Of a stretch of DNA of 64,000 nt, positions 11,401 to 24,497 are shown piece after piece (within the stretch, counting starts at the first letter, position 1; each line of letters starts with the position of its first letter). The translations under genes and the position numbers were made by a program. Source of the stretch: Dimorphilus gyrociliatus (lineage: Eukaryota > Animalia > Annelida); assembly GCA_904063045.1 (NCBI GenBank), contig CAJFCJ010000021.1:372001-436000 (forward strand), written 5' to 3'. The notes beneath the pieces are model-generated. The model had not been told where the DNA came from, searched no databases, and saw only the letters and a list, made by a program, of their open reading frames with translations.

Positions 11401-13462
11401 CTATATATATATATATATGACGCGTGTCTGCATAAGTTGATGTATAAAATAGCATTTTCACTTAAAACTGTGTCATATTTATTTACTTTAATAATATATA
11501 TTTTGAGTTTAGGTACTAAGGTTTTTCCATGTTTTTCTTAGTATTTTAAAATTTTATAAAAATCTTTTCCATCTAAAAACTATTAACAGGATGCTGGCAA
11601 TTTGGCTGTCGATTCATTAATAAATTACGAGACAGTGAAATATTTCAATAATGAAAAATTCGAAGCGGAGAGATATGATAAAGCTTTAGCAAAATATGAA
11701 GAAGCTTCTTTGAAGACAACTACAACTTTAGCTGGTTTAAATTGGGGTCAACATGCCATCTTTTCTGCCGGTTTAACAGCGATTATGTATTTGGCTAGCC
11801 AAGGTATTGCTACAGGTAAGTCGAAATTGATTTTTAATGTGTTAATAAATATAAAATTATACTAAATATATATCTCTTTGTTAATAGGAACAATGACGGT
11901 AGGCGATTTAGTGATGGTTAATGGCCTCCTATTTCAGTTGTCGATACCTTTAAATTTCTTGGGTTCAGTATATAGAGAAGTTCGCCAAAGTCTTATCGAC
12001 ATGCAGACTATGTTTTCCCTGTTGAAGGTCGATACTGATATCCAGAATGAGAAAGATGCCCCTAAGCTTCAAGTTTCGGCAAAAACCGCTACGGTAACTT
12101 TCGAGAACGTGACTTTCGGTTATTTAGCCGATAGAAAAATACTCGACTCGTTAACTTTTCACGTGGAAGCCGGAAAAAGGATTGCTATAGTCGGAGGGAG
12201 CGGTTCAGGGTATGTTTCTTTTCCTCTTTACCGGCTTCGTTGCGTAAAATCACGTTTTTCTTAATTAGTTTTCCTGTTTAACTTTATTAATTATATTTTT
12301 ATTTACTAATAATTAAACTAGTTTTCTTCCCTCCTCATAATAATTAAAAATGAAAAACTTAAATATCTTTCGTGAGCGAAATAGATTTAAGGATTTAATT
12401 TCTGGATGTAAAATTGTATTAAACCCAATTAGTTGTTATGGTAAGAGCACCTTATTTATAAGGTTAAGTGATTATATATTCTAAACACGATAGAAGATAG
12501 GAACATCTTATAAATATATAAGCTGCCTTTGATCAGTTAGAATCATTCTTCTTTCACTCCCAAGTCGGCCTCCCTCCTCCCCTTTTAAGGTGGCACTAAT
12601 TTAAAAAAGTCTTTATATATTTTTTTTATTTTTATATTCATAAAATACAAAACTGCATAAATGAATAAAATTATAAATTCTATTAATATTATTATATTTA
12701 GTTCGCTTTTCAAAAATCGATGTAATCAGCAAAGTGAATTTTATTTCTTTTTTGCTTATTCCGTTCTGTTTTTTCTTTTTAGTTAAAGTTACATTTTGCG
12801 CTTTTATTTTGCTTTAAAGGAAATCAACTCTTGTAAGATTACTCTACCGATTTTACGATCCTCAAGAAGGTAGAATTCTAATCAATGGCCAAGATGTACG
12901 TCAAATCGATTTAGACGATTTTAGAAAATACGTTGGAATTGTTCCTCAGGACTGTGTTTTATTTCATAATAGTATATTACACAATATAAAGTATGGTAAT
13001 ATGGAGGCTTCACCTGCACAAGTGGAAAAAGCATCTAAGATGGCAGAAATTCATGATTCTATAGTTGCTTGGCCCGAAGGCTACAACACTCAGGTTGGGG
13101 AAAGAGGTCTAAAGTTGTCAGGCGGGGAAAAGCAGAGAGTGGCAATTGCGAGAGCCATTTTAAAGAATTCACCTATTTTAGTTTACGACGAAGCGACAAG
13201 TTCTTTAGATTCTATTACGGAAGGCAGAATATTAGCTGCCTTGGACAGAGTAACTGCAAATAGAACAACGATTGTTATAGCTCACCGGTTATCGACAGTT
13301 GTCAACGCCGACGAAATTTTTGTTCTACAAAATGGGCGAATTGCTGAAAGAGGCTCTCACTATGAACTTATCGCCAAAGAGGATAGCCTATATAATCGGT
13401 TATGGCAAGAGCAAAATCGAATAATATTTGAACAAGAGAAGGAAGAAACCGAAAAAAAGTAA
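8418..13462 (+). CDS. ABCB7: Mitochondrial ABC transporter ABCB7/ATM1 (Fe-S cluster export)
   Basis: Ten phase-compatible exons: 8418-8579, 8768-8959, 9050-9179, 9256-9442, 10960-11041, 11103-11191, 11299-11335, 11590-11815, 11888-12209, 12820-13462. It has a presequence-like N-terminus, [38 protein letters not shown], Walker A GGSGSGKST, signature [13 protein letters not shown] and Walker B VYDEATS. Confidence 0.97.
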
Positions 13463-14975
13463 AAATGAAAAATAAAAACAAATGAAAAAGAATAATTACA
13501 AAAGTGTAAAAAAGAAGTTTTCTTTAGACCTGTAAAGAAATCAATCAGGAAATATTTAGAGATATGCAATTGAAGAATTAACTATAATCAATAAATTGCG
13601 CATCTCGTTTGTTTCTTTCCAAAATAAACCCATTTAAAAATCTATTTTTCGTTTTACAGATCTATATTTGTATATAGCACATTTATATATATATATTTAA
13701 ATATATATAAATATATTTCCCCACAAGGTTTAAAGCAGTGATCACGTCTGTTATATCATTTTCTTTTCCTTTTCTCCTTTCATGCGTTCTTTCTTCTTTT
13801 TCTTCCATGATTCCTATATTTTTAAAACACGATTCGTGATAGGAACACACAAGAGAACGACTTTCTCTAGGAACTCTTCCTTTCAGTGATCGTAATTCCT
13901 ATATAAAAAACAGAAATGTAATCCTTTCTTGTGCCGTTTGATCAATTTAACAAAAGTATATTATTCTCTCTTGTAAATGTACAATCGGCACGATTTTGAA
14001 AATCAAACGATTCTAATGTTTTTCAAGCATTGCCTATGGCATTCCTAAATCGATATTAACAGACAACTTTGCAGGAAGTGGTCTTTATAAGACTTGCAAG
14101 TTTTCAGCAGAAGGGAAGAGGGGGTATTACATAAAATCTCTTTAATTCTCTTGGTCTGTTTGATGTATATGGTAAACGTCAAGGCATTTGATTCGTATAT
14201 AAAAAGGAGCTCTTTTACATGTAAGAGATCGTTGAATGCGGAATAAGGTATGTTTTTAAATAAACTGCGAATTGCGTATGTTAAAGATATAATAGATGAA
14301 TAGATACTATAACATATATAAGGTAAAACTTAATCTACGTTTGAAATTCGATTTTATAATGATAAAAAAATACAGCAAGAGTGAGAGTAAGAAAGAGCAT
14401 GTTTTAAGATGGAGGTAAAAGGAAGAAAAAGTGAGCAAAGAAGGATGACAGGGGGAGGACTGACGTGATAGCAAAGTGTAAAAGTAGCGAGAAAAAGAAG
14501 GAAAGAATAATTTGTTTGGCTTCCGATAAGGTTACAAATAATCTAACTGCCGATGTCAGTCCATTCTGTCTCTTTCGTTATATCTTCCTTTCTTCTCAGC
14601 GTGCTTACCTTCTTTTACATAAATTAACAATTCTTGTTTTAATTATTTGACCTAAATATAAATACAATATCCATTATCCTTTTTAAAAAATCATACTTGT
14701 TTTCAGTTTCTCATCTTTTATGCTATGCTTTCTTTTACTTTTCTTGTTCTTCTCTTCTTCCATCCTTCATATCTAGCCTGTTTTAATTTTAAAAGTAAAT
14801 TACATACATAAAAACAAGGCGTGACTTTTGAAATTAACAATGAAGGTAAATGTATTAGCACAGTTGAAAATTGCTTTACGTGTAGGAAGCCAAATACTTT
14901 TGTCCCTTAATAAAGAATATTTAAGATATAGTTGTATAAACATGGTAGTTTTTTTTATGTATTGTATGAGAAAGC

Positions 14976-15508
14976 ATGGAGAAATACATTATACTTTGTT
15001 CATTACTAATACTATCATTAACTATATCAGTATTATTAATATTATTATAATTATGACTAGCAATATATAACATTTTTAACCTTGATGAATTTTTGATGTT
15101 CTACCATCACATAGTCTATAATGCGAACTATTTAGTAGCATAGTTTATATATATATATATATATACAGTATATACATATATATATCTACTGTATATACAG
15201 TATTATATTAATGCAATAGATTAATTAAGCTCAGTAAAAAATGAAATGTTTCTTCCTTACGGCAGGATAATATATTCTTGAAATGTAACTATGATGGAAA
15301 ATTGGTAGATAACGCATGGAATAATAATTGGAGAAAAGATGAGGGGAAAAAAGTTTCTACGTCCTATAAGACTTCTTTATATATGGCGGTCGAGACAGGT
15401 CAATTATTTTTTATTTAGTAGCATGCTTAAAGATACTGTTTGATGGATTTTTAATTACCCATTACACCTTCAACTTTGAATGTACATCTAATACGTATAC
15501 TATATAAC

Positions 15509-15561
<53 letters not shown>

Positions 15562-16168
15562 CTTACTCTTTCTCACTCCAATATCGTATTATTCCCAGTT
15601 ATAAGCTGATATTCGAGGATAATTATGAAAGATGAGAGATAGAAAAAGAAAGTATATTCTCAACGATGAAAAAATAAGGATTTCTGTTTGAAATATTCAT
15701 CCTAGCATCCACTTTGTTTATTTATTTACTTTTTCAAAGGAGAACCTATTTATCTATTTCGAGTTTATGCAATTTGTCCATTTCGTTTCTATATAAAAGG
15801 GTATTTACCAAATGAGGTGAGTAATTAGACGGTTGTAGGTAGTCATCTACTTGGATTTGAAATGAATGAACTTGCGTAGATAAATATATTGTAATACGAG
15901 AAATTGGCAAGAAAATGATAAAATCTTTGCTGTTTCCACAACGTCTTACTCATAAAAATTTGGCAATTAGTAATTTTGTAATATTATTACAAGTGTATAT
16001 TTCGAATAAACATAAAGAAATTCTTTTTTCTGCATCAATTACTCCAATGAATCAACTTCCTCTTATGTCCAATATATTGGAATAATTAACTACTTAAAAT
16101 TATTATTCCAGTGTTCATCTTCAAACATTTTTTCTTTTTATTATATGAAAAAAAAGGAGGCAAACTAA
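14976..16168 (+). CDS. Candidate small secreted protein (about 106 aa), missed by the ORF track
   Basis: Phase-compatible chain 14976-15029 (MEKYIILCSLLILSLTIS, signal-peptide-like), 15266-15398, 15740-15816 (strong GTGAGT donor) and a tentative last exon 16112-16168. No homology recognised, and the last exon is uncertain. Confidence 0.4.
15511..15556. repeat. (TA)23 microsatellite
   Basis: Uninterrupted TA run read directly. Similar runs occur near 29580, 40080 and 51390. Confidence 0.95.
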
Positions 16169-17073
16169 AGCAAAAGTTGAAAAGCTGATTAGAAAGAAAT
16201 CGTTTCTTTAATCCCCGCTGGAGACTCAAAAAATTGATATTCGTTCTTTTTTAGATCATGTACACTCAATAGGAAGACGTCTCTTCTTATTAAATGTACG
16301 TAAACAATATATATATATATATATATACAGTATATATATTATTAATAAATTTTATATTTATGTATAGCGTCAATATATGGCTACATAGTATCTTTATTTA
16401 ATTTATAATTCTGCATACGCATATAATTTATCATATATTAATATCAATATAGGAGCAATTTTTTTCTTTTATTCAACTGTAAAGTATATTCTGTTATGGA
16501 AGAAAAAAGAATGGTACTCCATGATAAAATAAAAAAGGAATTCGCTAGTTTCCTGCTCCTCTATGTATAGAAAACGAGCAATTAGCTGAAACAGTAAACG
16601 CATATTGTACTCTCCGTCCTATATCAATTAGTGAAATCGTTCTGTTCGCTAATTTGATAGAGTGAGGCTATCTAGGTGAATAGAAAGAGTGAATGAAAAA
16701 ATAGTCTATTTTTATATATGTATATATGTCAATATTGTTTCGTGCATCCCGATCGTATTTGTTTAAATTATGTGAGTAAGTTTTTACCGAAAATCTATAA
16801 AAGATTGACATCATATATTATTATTGAATGGAATATGATGAGGAAAGATGATAGCTATGAAAACAAGAATGATAGAAGGAAGGAAATGATAAAAAGAAGA
16901 AGAATATTATGAGCAAAACAAATCAAGATTGATTAATAATAATAGAAAAAAAGAGAAAAGTAAATAAAACATTTACATAGATTGAATATTAAATAGTGAT
17001 ATTTAGTGGTAGATTTAGTAGAAAATAACTAGCATTATTAGCTGTTTTTTATGAAGAACTAGAAATACAAATA

Positions 17074-17103
17074 GAAGAAGAAGAAGAAGAAGAAGAAGAA
17101 GAA
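17074..17103. repeat. (GAA)10 microsatellite
   Basis: Read directly. It explains the spurious poly-Leu ORF at 17015-17218 (-). Confidence 0.95.
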
Positions 17104-17382
17104 GGAAAATAAGAATAAATAACAATAGTAGCAATGGCATAAGAAGAACAATAAGAAGGTGATGACAATGACGATAAGGAAGTTTTACTGTGAACAATAT
17201 AGATTTAATCTTTCGCATGCTGCTCTGCTCCTTTTAATGTTTGCTTCAGTTCGATTTTTGTACATTTTCTATTTCAACCAAGTGAAAAATTGTCTTAAGA
17301 ACTGCTACAATCGACACTCTTCTCTTTTATTCATCTTTAAGTTCTCTTCCATCCATATGATTGATGATTCTCTTTCTTTTCA

Positions 17383-18741
17383 TCAAGATCTTAGCAATTG
17401 AGTTTCGCAGGTGTCTGGGTGATTCGGACCTCGTTTCAAATCGGTTAAAGCCATTGAGTTTCGGCTTGGTGACAATGATCTGGCTCGACAACCTAAGCAC
17501 TCACCCAAAATTGCCCGAAACCGTGAACGAAAAACGCAATAAATAATGAAATTGACACTGGCATTAAATATTTCTAAAACTGTGGCAAATTCGGCTAACC
17601 ACCAAGATATTGAGCACGGCTGACCAACATCGTAGTGAGTAAGAATGAGAATAAGTCTGGATGGTAGATTACATAATATAAATACTAACACTACTATTAT
17701 CATTATCTTTGTAATGTTATCCTCACTCGCGGCCGGAGAATTCCTATTCTGTAGGCTGGCTCTTTTTCTAAGTACCACTTTTCTATAGACTATCGTCAAC
17801 TTGGTATTCAAAAATATAAGAATCAGTAAGGGTAGTCCAAAAGCGAATAGATTGTAGAAAATATTCTGATATAGAAGAGTATAAGATGTATTTATTGTCA
17901 AAGTAGATTCTACAGATGCATTCGCATAAACTTTATGCTCAAAAAAGCGTGGTACGTTATAGAGGACGCTGCATATTAAGACAGCAAAGGTAGCAGCTCT
18001 CATCCTCGTCAAACTGCACCAAACATTCGCACTGTATGGGCGGCAAACAGCCATGAAACGGGACACAGCCACAAGCACTGTAATATACATGGCAGCCATT
18101 TGACCAATAAATAATATTGGATAGGTGTAGACTCTTATGATTGACCAAGCCAAGTTCTTTTGTTGAACTTCAGAATCTCTTGACATAACATAGAGAATAT
18201 CTCTAACACTATAATGAATAACTGAAAGAATAAGAAAAACTGCATCCACAACAGCCAAACTTTGCAGGAGGAGAGAGGCAACTGGACTACACTTGTCTCG
18301 ACCAAGAACAAAAAATGAAACAAAATTTCCAACTATTCCAAATATACAGAGACTGCCGCATACTATGACATTCACGTACAAACGGTTGAGCATACAATTA
18401 TAGGGCACCGTCACATTCATTATCTGACGGAGAAGAGAGACCGACTGCAAAGTTTCAGGTGAGACTTCTCCGCTAGACGCCACCTGGTAAGCGAACGGAA
18501 CCTAGGGGCGTTTAAGCTTATAAGCATTAGAGTTTATACGAAGTAGTAAATTAATTTACATTCTGTCCACAAGTAACTAATTCCAAAATATTATGTAATT
18601 TATTAATTAATTAGCTAAGCAAAACTAGTAAAGGACAAGTTTACGTTGTGATTGGAACAGTTGTAGAAGAATGTGATGATAGTTAATTACCAGGCATGCG
18701 AAAGGACCTGCTAAAGAGTCGTATAAGTCTACGAAACTCAT
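17383..18741 (-). CDS. Class A neuropeptide GPCR, FMRFamide-receptor-like (383 aa)
   Basis: Exon 18741-18691 (MSFVDLYDSLAGPFACL, phase 0) splices to exon 18483-17383. Seven hydrophobic segments, GIVGN in TM1, LAVVD in TM2, SRFMAVCRP at the TM3 end, LYNVPRFFE in TM4, CNLP in TM6 and NASVNFIIYC..RSRFR in TM7/helix 8. Confidence 0.88.
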
Positions 18742-18801
18742 TCAATCGTTAAATTCTTCTAGAGTAAGTGGCAGAAAGGTGAATAGACGTACATATATGC
18801 T

Positions 18802-18832
<31 letters not shown>

Positions 18833-21800
18833 GTAACATATGTATATATATATGTGTGTGTAGGAAAAAATGAGCATATAGACTCTCATAACACAAACGT
18901 TATATAATATATATTATACATTAGTTACATACAAACATGTACACATGCAACCATTGACTAGGGTAATGATGACAATAGAAAAATGAGTTGTAGAAGAGAG
19001 AAGGTGAATAAGAATAAACAGATTTGTTATACTCTATAATAGCATACATAGATAGATTGATAGATAGATAGATAACACATTTAAAAACAATAATTACGAC
19101 TAAAAAAATTGCACTTCTTAATTTAGTTAAAGGTTTTGTTTCTATTTATTTTACTGTTTGTAATACATTTACTGTGGAAAATTATGTTTTCTTAAACTCC
19201 CTTTTGTCCTACTTTTAAGAGAAAATTAATTCTATTATTTACCTTTGCTTTACCTTCATGACTTTAATAATAAATAAAGAATGAAAATTCCATGTCAATA
19301 AAATGTTTGATGTTTCAAAAAAATTTTTTCCACGAGTACAGATATCATTATATCCTAATAGGAAGTAGAAGAGAAAGTGATCTTCTTCTTTTTTTTACCT
19401 TGTAATTTCTATTATCCAGCTTGTTTGTCATCTGGTTCAATGTTCTAGAAATAACACATTTTTTTTTTATCTTTCATTTTCATTATTTCTATAAGAAGTA
19501 TTTAAAGTATTTTAATTTATCACCTGCTTCAAAAAAAGAGAGTACAATTAATAAAGCCAACTATATAGTTTAACATTTATCAATTAATCTTTTACTATAA
19601 AGCAGTTTAAGTGATCTATCGGGTAGGGAGGGGATGAGAAAGAGGGCGCTAATAGCTCTCGATGAAAGTTGTATACAGGAAAAGAGAGTAAGATGCATAC
19701 AGAGAAAGTGAAAAAGATAGCAAATGAGATAGAAGAATAGAGAGAAAGGTAGAATAATTTTTCTTGCTTTACAAGCAAAGAACGATAATTTATTAACAAG
19801 GCAATATGGAAAAGAGAATGGAGAGATGAAGAAAAACAGCAGATTTGTTTATGAATGAATGAGTAGTTGATGTTAATATAGTCTTGTTTACAATAATATT
19901 ATTGACTTATGAGTTGATAATTTAGAAAATTTACATCCTATCGCATAAACATTAAAGAACAAACGACGTCGAGTCACGTTATAAAAAGCATTAACCTACT
20001 CATTTCATCCAATGAAATTAGCATTGATTACTTCCAAGTCCATCAGAAATTAAGGTTATAAGATAATATGAATATAGATAGATGGAGGGTTCATTAGTCG
20101 TATAAACATATATGCTTTCATTTGAGGAATCTTTTGTATAAAAATAGATGATACATATACATAAATAGATACAACATATTTTTTATAATAACACAGGGTA
20201 ATGAGAGGATAATAGAATGATTTAGATATTCTCAAAGCGTTTAATCAGTTTATAAAAGAGAAAGAAAGGAAGAAGAGAAGAACATGATATAACTAGACTC
20301 GTAAGTAAAATATGGTTAATTCGATCGGGAATCTGTTAAAGTAGCATCTCAGCGTTATTCCTTAGAACGTTGGCCTGACCGTATATGAAGGTAATTTATT
20401 GAAAAGTACTCTTTGTAAGATAAAGTAACTACCAACTACCGGTTTCTTATTCATGTACACATCTTTTTCTTAGTAATTTCATTATATTTCTAGAAAATCT
20501 TTGTTATCTACCGGATGTAGATAATTATTTCAAAACCATATTAAATAATTGCGCTATTGTGTTCATTAAAGCTAACTTTTCCTAGTGCTTTTCTTTTAAT
20601 AACAGCCTAGTTCTGTTCTTTCTCTTTTCATAATCCTAAGGGTTGAGCTATCAAAAGTATAATCAAAAAATTTCGTTGATCATTACAATCGATTATGCAA
20701 TTTTTTATCATTAATTATGAGTGGACAGCTTGATACTCCGACTTTGACAGATAATACAAATCCATTAATAGATCAGGGTAAGATGATATACTCGTTGATG
20801 CGTATGTAATTAGCTTGTGAGAAGAAAAGAAAATGTAATTGTGACGTTTTCTTTTCTTCTATTAGAATATTTTACTTCCTTTCTAATATGCAGAAGGGGA
20901 GGGGAGAGGGAATGAGAAGAGAAGAAGATATTTTTCTGATGTTTCCTCATCAAAAATAAACCTTATCAATAAAATTTTTCCCGTAGTCTTGTTACTTCTT
21001 TTAATTTTCTAAGAAATCTTTTACCAGAGTCAGGTATAAATGTTACATTTCCATCATAAAATGATCTTTTGTAAGAGTATTGCACAGGAAGAGAAAGAAA
21101 CAAGTTTAATTTGTTGTTTTTAATATATTATTCCTTAAATGGAATGAAAACAACCTTTATGCTTCAAGCTAGAATATCGTATTTTTATATCTTTCTACTA
21201 AAATATTCTATATTGAAAATAGTCGGCGAGTAATAAAACAATTATATTATTTTTAGTATATTATATAGTATAGTTATTAAATAATTGTACATTTATTATA
21301 ATCAATCTGTACAGAGAAAAATTCTCCTTTCCCAAAAAGAAAATGAATGGGAAAGAATGTAGATGATGAGGTGATTGTATAAATAATACTAGAGTCTTTA
21401 GTATTGTATAGATAAGCCAACTTATATATCACTTTTTTTTTTTAAATGCTTAGTTCTACCCATTCCGGTTAATTTAATGGGAAATTATCATCTTTTTTTT
21501 GAGGGGCTTTGCAAATTTTACAGGGATATTGGCAGTAGTTATATCTATCCCTTTTAATCTATTTCTCTTTTTATATGTATCTTATCCTTTAACACCATTT
21601 CTTTAATTTTCTTCTTTTCAACTTTTCCATTGATTGTCAAACCTATAAACTTGAGGATTTATTTTTATTATTACTCTTCAAACAAGCCTCAGTTCGATGG
21701 TAAAACAATTCACTTCGTCCACCATATATATACCTCTTTTCTCAATTCATTCCACCTTCACAGTCTTGACGTCAATTCTTGGTTTTCATTGGGAAAAACA

Positions 21801-22887
21801 ATAGATCTTGTTTCAGGACGCATTATCCAACGAGAAAATAAGACCAGCAGGGATACTCGATAAAGAGAGGAGAAAGCGATTTGTTTTCCTATTATTTAGA
21901 AATTTAGCACGTATACTTTATCATTGAAAGTGCGGTATCTTTTATAACATTCGCTCATTACTACACATTTTTATTAAATATAAATGAAGAGAAGAGAGAA
22001 AAGAAGGACGAAAAACATAGAGAGAAAGATGAAGAAAAACGTCATTGGGTTTAAGAAACGTACGTATCTTTTGTTGGGAAAATTTTAATTATATCACCAA
22101 ATATAGTTGTTTGTAGTAATAAAATCAAACAGAATAGCTTTGCCTTATAGTGAATACCATTATAAGTCTCTTAATAAAGGTTAAATTGTTTGTATAATTT
22201 CTATTATTAGCACTTTTCCTGTGACTTTGTTCTTTGGAAAACAGAAGAAAAGAACTTTAATTAACGTTATTATACAAAATAAAGAATGGTGTTATCACAA
22301 ATAAAGATCACATTCAATTACCTGTGTACAAAATATAAGGATGTATAACATTAACTAATTAAATTTTCAATTAACCTGTAATAGAATTTAATTATTAATA
22401 CTAAAAGAGAGAACTATTTAACGAAACAATACAATCTTTAGAAATCTGATGAAAAATCCAAATGAATAGAACAAAAGAGGAAAAATTACAATACATCTCT
22501 TTTCCACTATTTTTTCTTGTGGGCAAAGGTTAAGTAAACTATTTCCTTATAATTTAAGGATACGGAGAGAGAGATAGAGAGAAAGAAAAAGGGGCGAAAA
22601 GGAAGACATATTTTGTTGTGTGTAACCGCAAGCATTCTGACGTAGCCATACTAATATAACCTTTAAAAATCTTATGTATTTTAATAGGTAGGCAGTAGAT
22701 GTATAAAAATGATTACTATAATTTTAACTCAGTTATTAGAAGTCGATAATAGATAAACAAAAGATAAGAAGATGTTAAAATAACAAACGGCTTTTTAGTC
22801 ATCTTTGATGATTTCATCTATAAAAAAATACGTAGTAAAAGGATAGCGATTTTAATGTTTGTGTATTAGCCAAACATTAATTTTATA

Positions 22888-23700
22888 TTATTTTGTGAAA
22901 AATGATATTGGAAAAGGTTCTTTATGCCAATTGTTTGACATTGCAATATTGTTGTATTCGCAGTTTGGACTGTAAATCTTATGTTCTTCGAATGGATCAT
23001 CATCTTCATCGAAGCCCTTGAGGCCAATAGCGCATTGGAAACATCTCAGTGCTGTATCAAAATTGGCAAATGCAAAGCCTGACAGAGCTGCCCTTCTTGC
23101 ATTCATTTTCCCATTTTTAAACGGCCAGTGATCATTAAAGCTGTTGTATCTATGCATTAGAGAGCTAAAACTTTCAAATCTGACACTTTGAGTCAATGTT
23201 ACTGAATCTGGATGAATATCCTTTTTCTCTTCGGGCTGATGATCGATGAAACACCCAGACATTTCTGTACGTTGTATATCAATAGCTTCATCTTGGAAGT
23301 TTTTACCATACGATGATAAATCTTGTTTATATTCTGTAAAACCACTTGCATTAGTTGACGCTTGTTTAATTTCATCTTTATAAAGGCTATCCACATTATC
23401 TGTTTCACCAAATGAATCTGTACTTTCCTCATCACTCGATACTTTCTCTTCCGGAGGTGGTATGAAATATGAACATGTTGAATGATGATAAGGCAAAATT
23501 CTGTTTAAATTGTTAAGTTCTATATCACACACACGATGTACTATTTGACAAAGACAACATATCAATTTAAAACTGTCAAAAAAATATCCATTTTCAACCA
23601 GCCGATATTTCATTAGACCTTCCACTGGAGAATTTTTGAAACTGATGAGCCTAATGATCTTCTTTGAGAAATCTCGACTACGTTCGGGTTTCATGTACAC
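22888..23700 (-). CDS. Intronless BIR-domain (inhibitor of apoptosis-like) protein: two BIRs, no RING
   Basis: The C-terminal BIR reads RYNSF..HWP......AALSGF......LRCFQC..GL...DEDDDPFEEH..YSPNCEY with CCHC ligands intact. The N-terminal BIR is degenerate (RLISF..SP...LVENGYF...ICCLC...HHSTC). An acidic linker separates them. Confidence 0.82.
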   Translation of the reverse strand: MYMKPERSRDFSKKIIRLISFKNSPVEGLMKYRLVENGYFFDSFKLICCLCQIVHRVCDIELNNLNRILPYHHSTCSYFIPPPEEKVSSDEESTDSFGETDNVDSLYKDEIKQASTNASGFTEYKQDLSSYGKNFQDEAIDIQRTEMSGCFIDHQPEEKKDIHPDSVTLTQSVRFESFSSLMHRYNSFNDHWPFKNGKMNARRAALSGFAFANFDTALRCFQCAIGLKGFDEDDDPFEEHKIYSPNCEYNNIAMSNNWHKEPFPISFFTK

Positions 23701-24497
23701 TTTGACTGTCTATCTGGCTTTTCAGAATATCACTTTTATATTAAGGTTATAGGAGTTTTATAACCACACTAATATAACCATGGTTATCAGAACAATCTTA
23801 TGAACATAACCTCGCGTTATCCAGAAAATTTTTATTATAGATATATGGTTATATTGATTAAAAAAGATCCGTTTTAAATTTAGGTTAACCAGCAAATATT
23901 AACAAAAAAGTAACATGAACCTCTTAAACATCCTGGTTAAGTCTAGGATTGATATTGGCGAATAGTTTCTTTTCTTCTATATTGTATTTATTATTAAAAG
24001 ATATATTGTCAATTTAATTCGAACAACATTAAATTTTTCATATTTCTCTGATTAATCGTTGCAAAGTTGAGAATGATTCAGTTTCCTTTTTGTATCTATT
24101 GTAATAAGTATTCTATGAGAGTTGTGATGAATTGATAAAATTCATTCATATTTCTGATCTTATGAATAAGGAAAATTTGAGAATTTTATCCTTGTACACT
24201 TTGCTTTCAAATTAATATATTAAATAGTAGAATTGTTGAATAATTAATTATTATGGCGCGTAGTTAATTCACAAATTGGAATAAAAAATGACTGTATTTT
24301 CAGTTAAATATTGAAACTGGAAAAGTTGTATAGATACTATAATACTGTATAAGTTACTTTGTTCAATTTTGATGAAATATAGAGACTCTTTTTGTTTGAA
24401 TTAAGCCAATTTATTCTTTTATTTTTCTTCCAAAATAAGCTACAAATAACTTTACGAATAAAAAAAGAAAAAGACACTTTTTAAGGGAATTTCAATA

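Noticed and set aside
14030-14910. Protein-like open frames (…ISLILLVCLMYMVNVKAFDSYIKR…; GVTFEINNEGKC…) and a TATA-like site at 14197
   Set aside because: No consistent start and splice chain could be built, and frames of this length are common at this AT content.
15399-15418. Apparent 20-nt GT-AG intron that would join two open exons
   Set aside because: It is far below the roughly 50-nt minimum of all other introns here, and a normal-length alternative acceptor exists at 15739.
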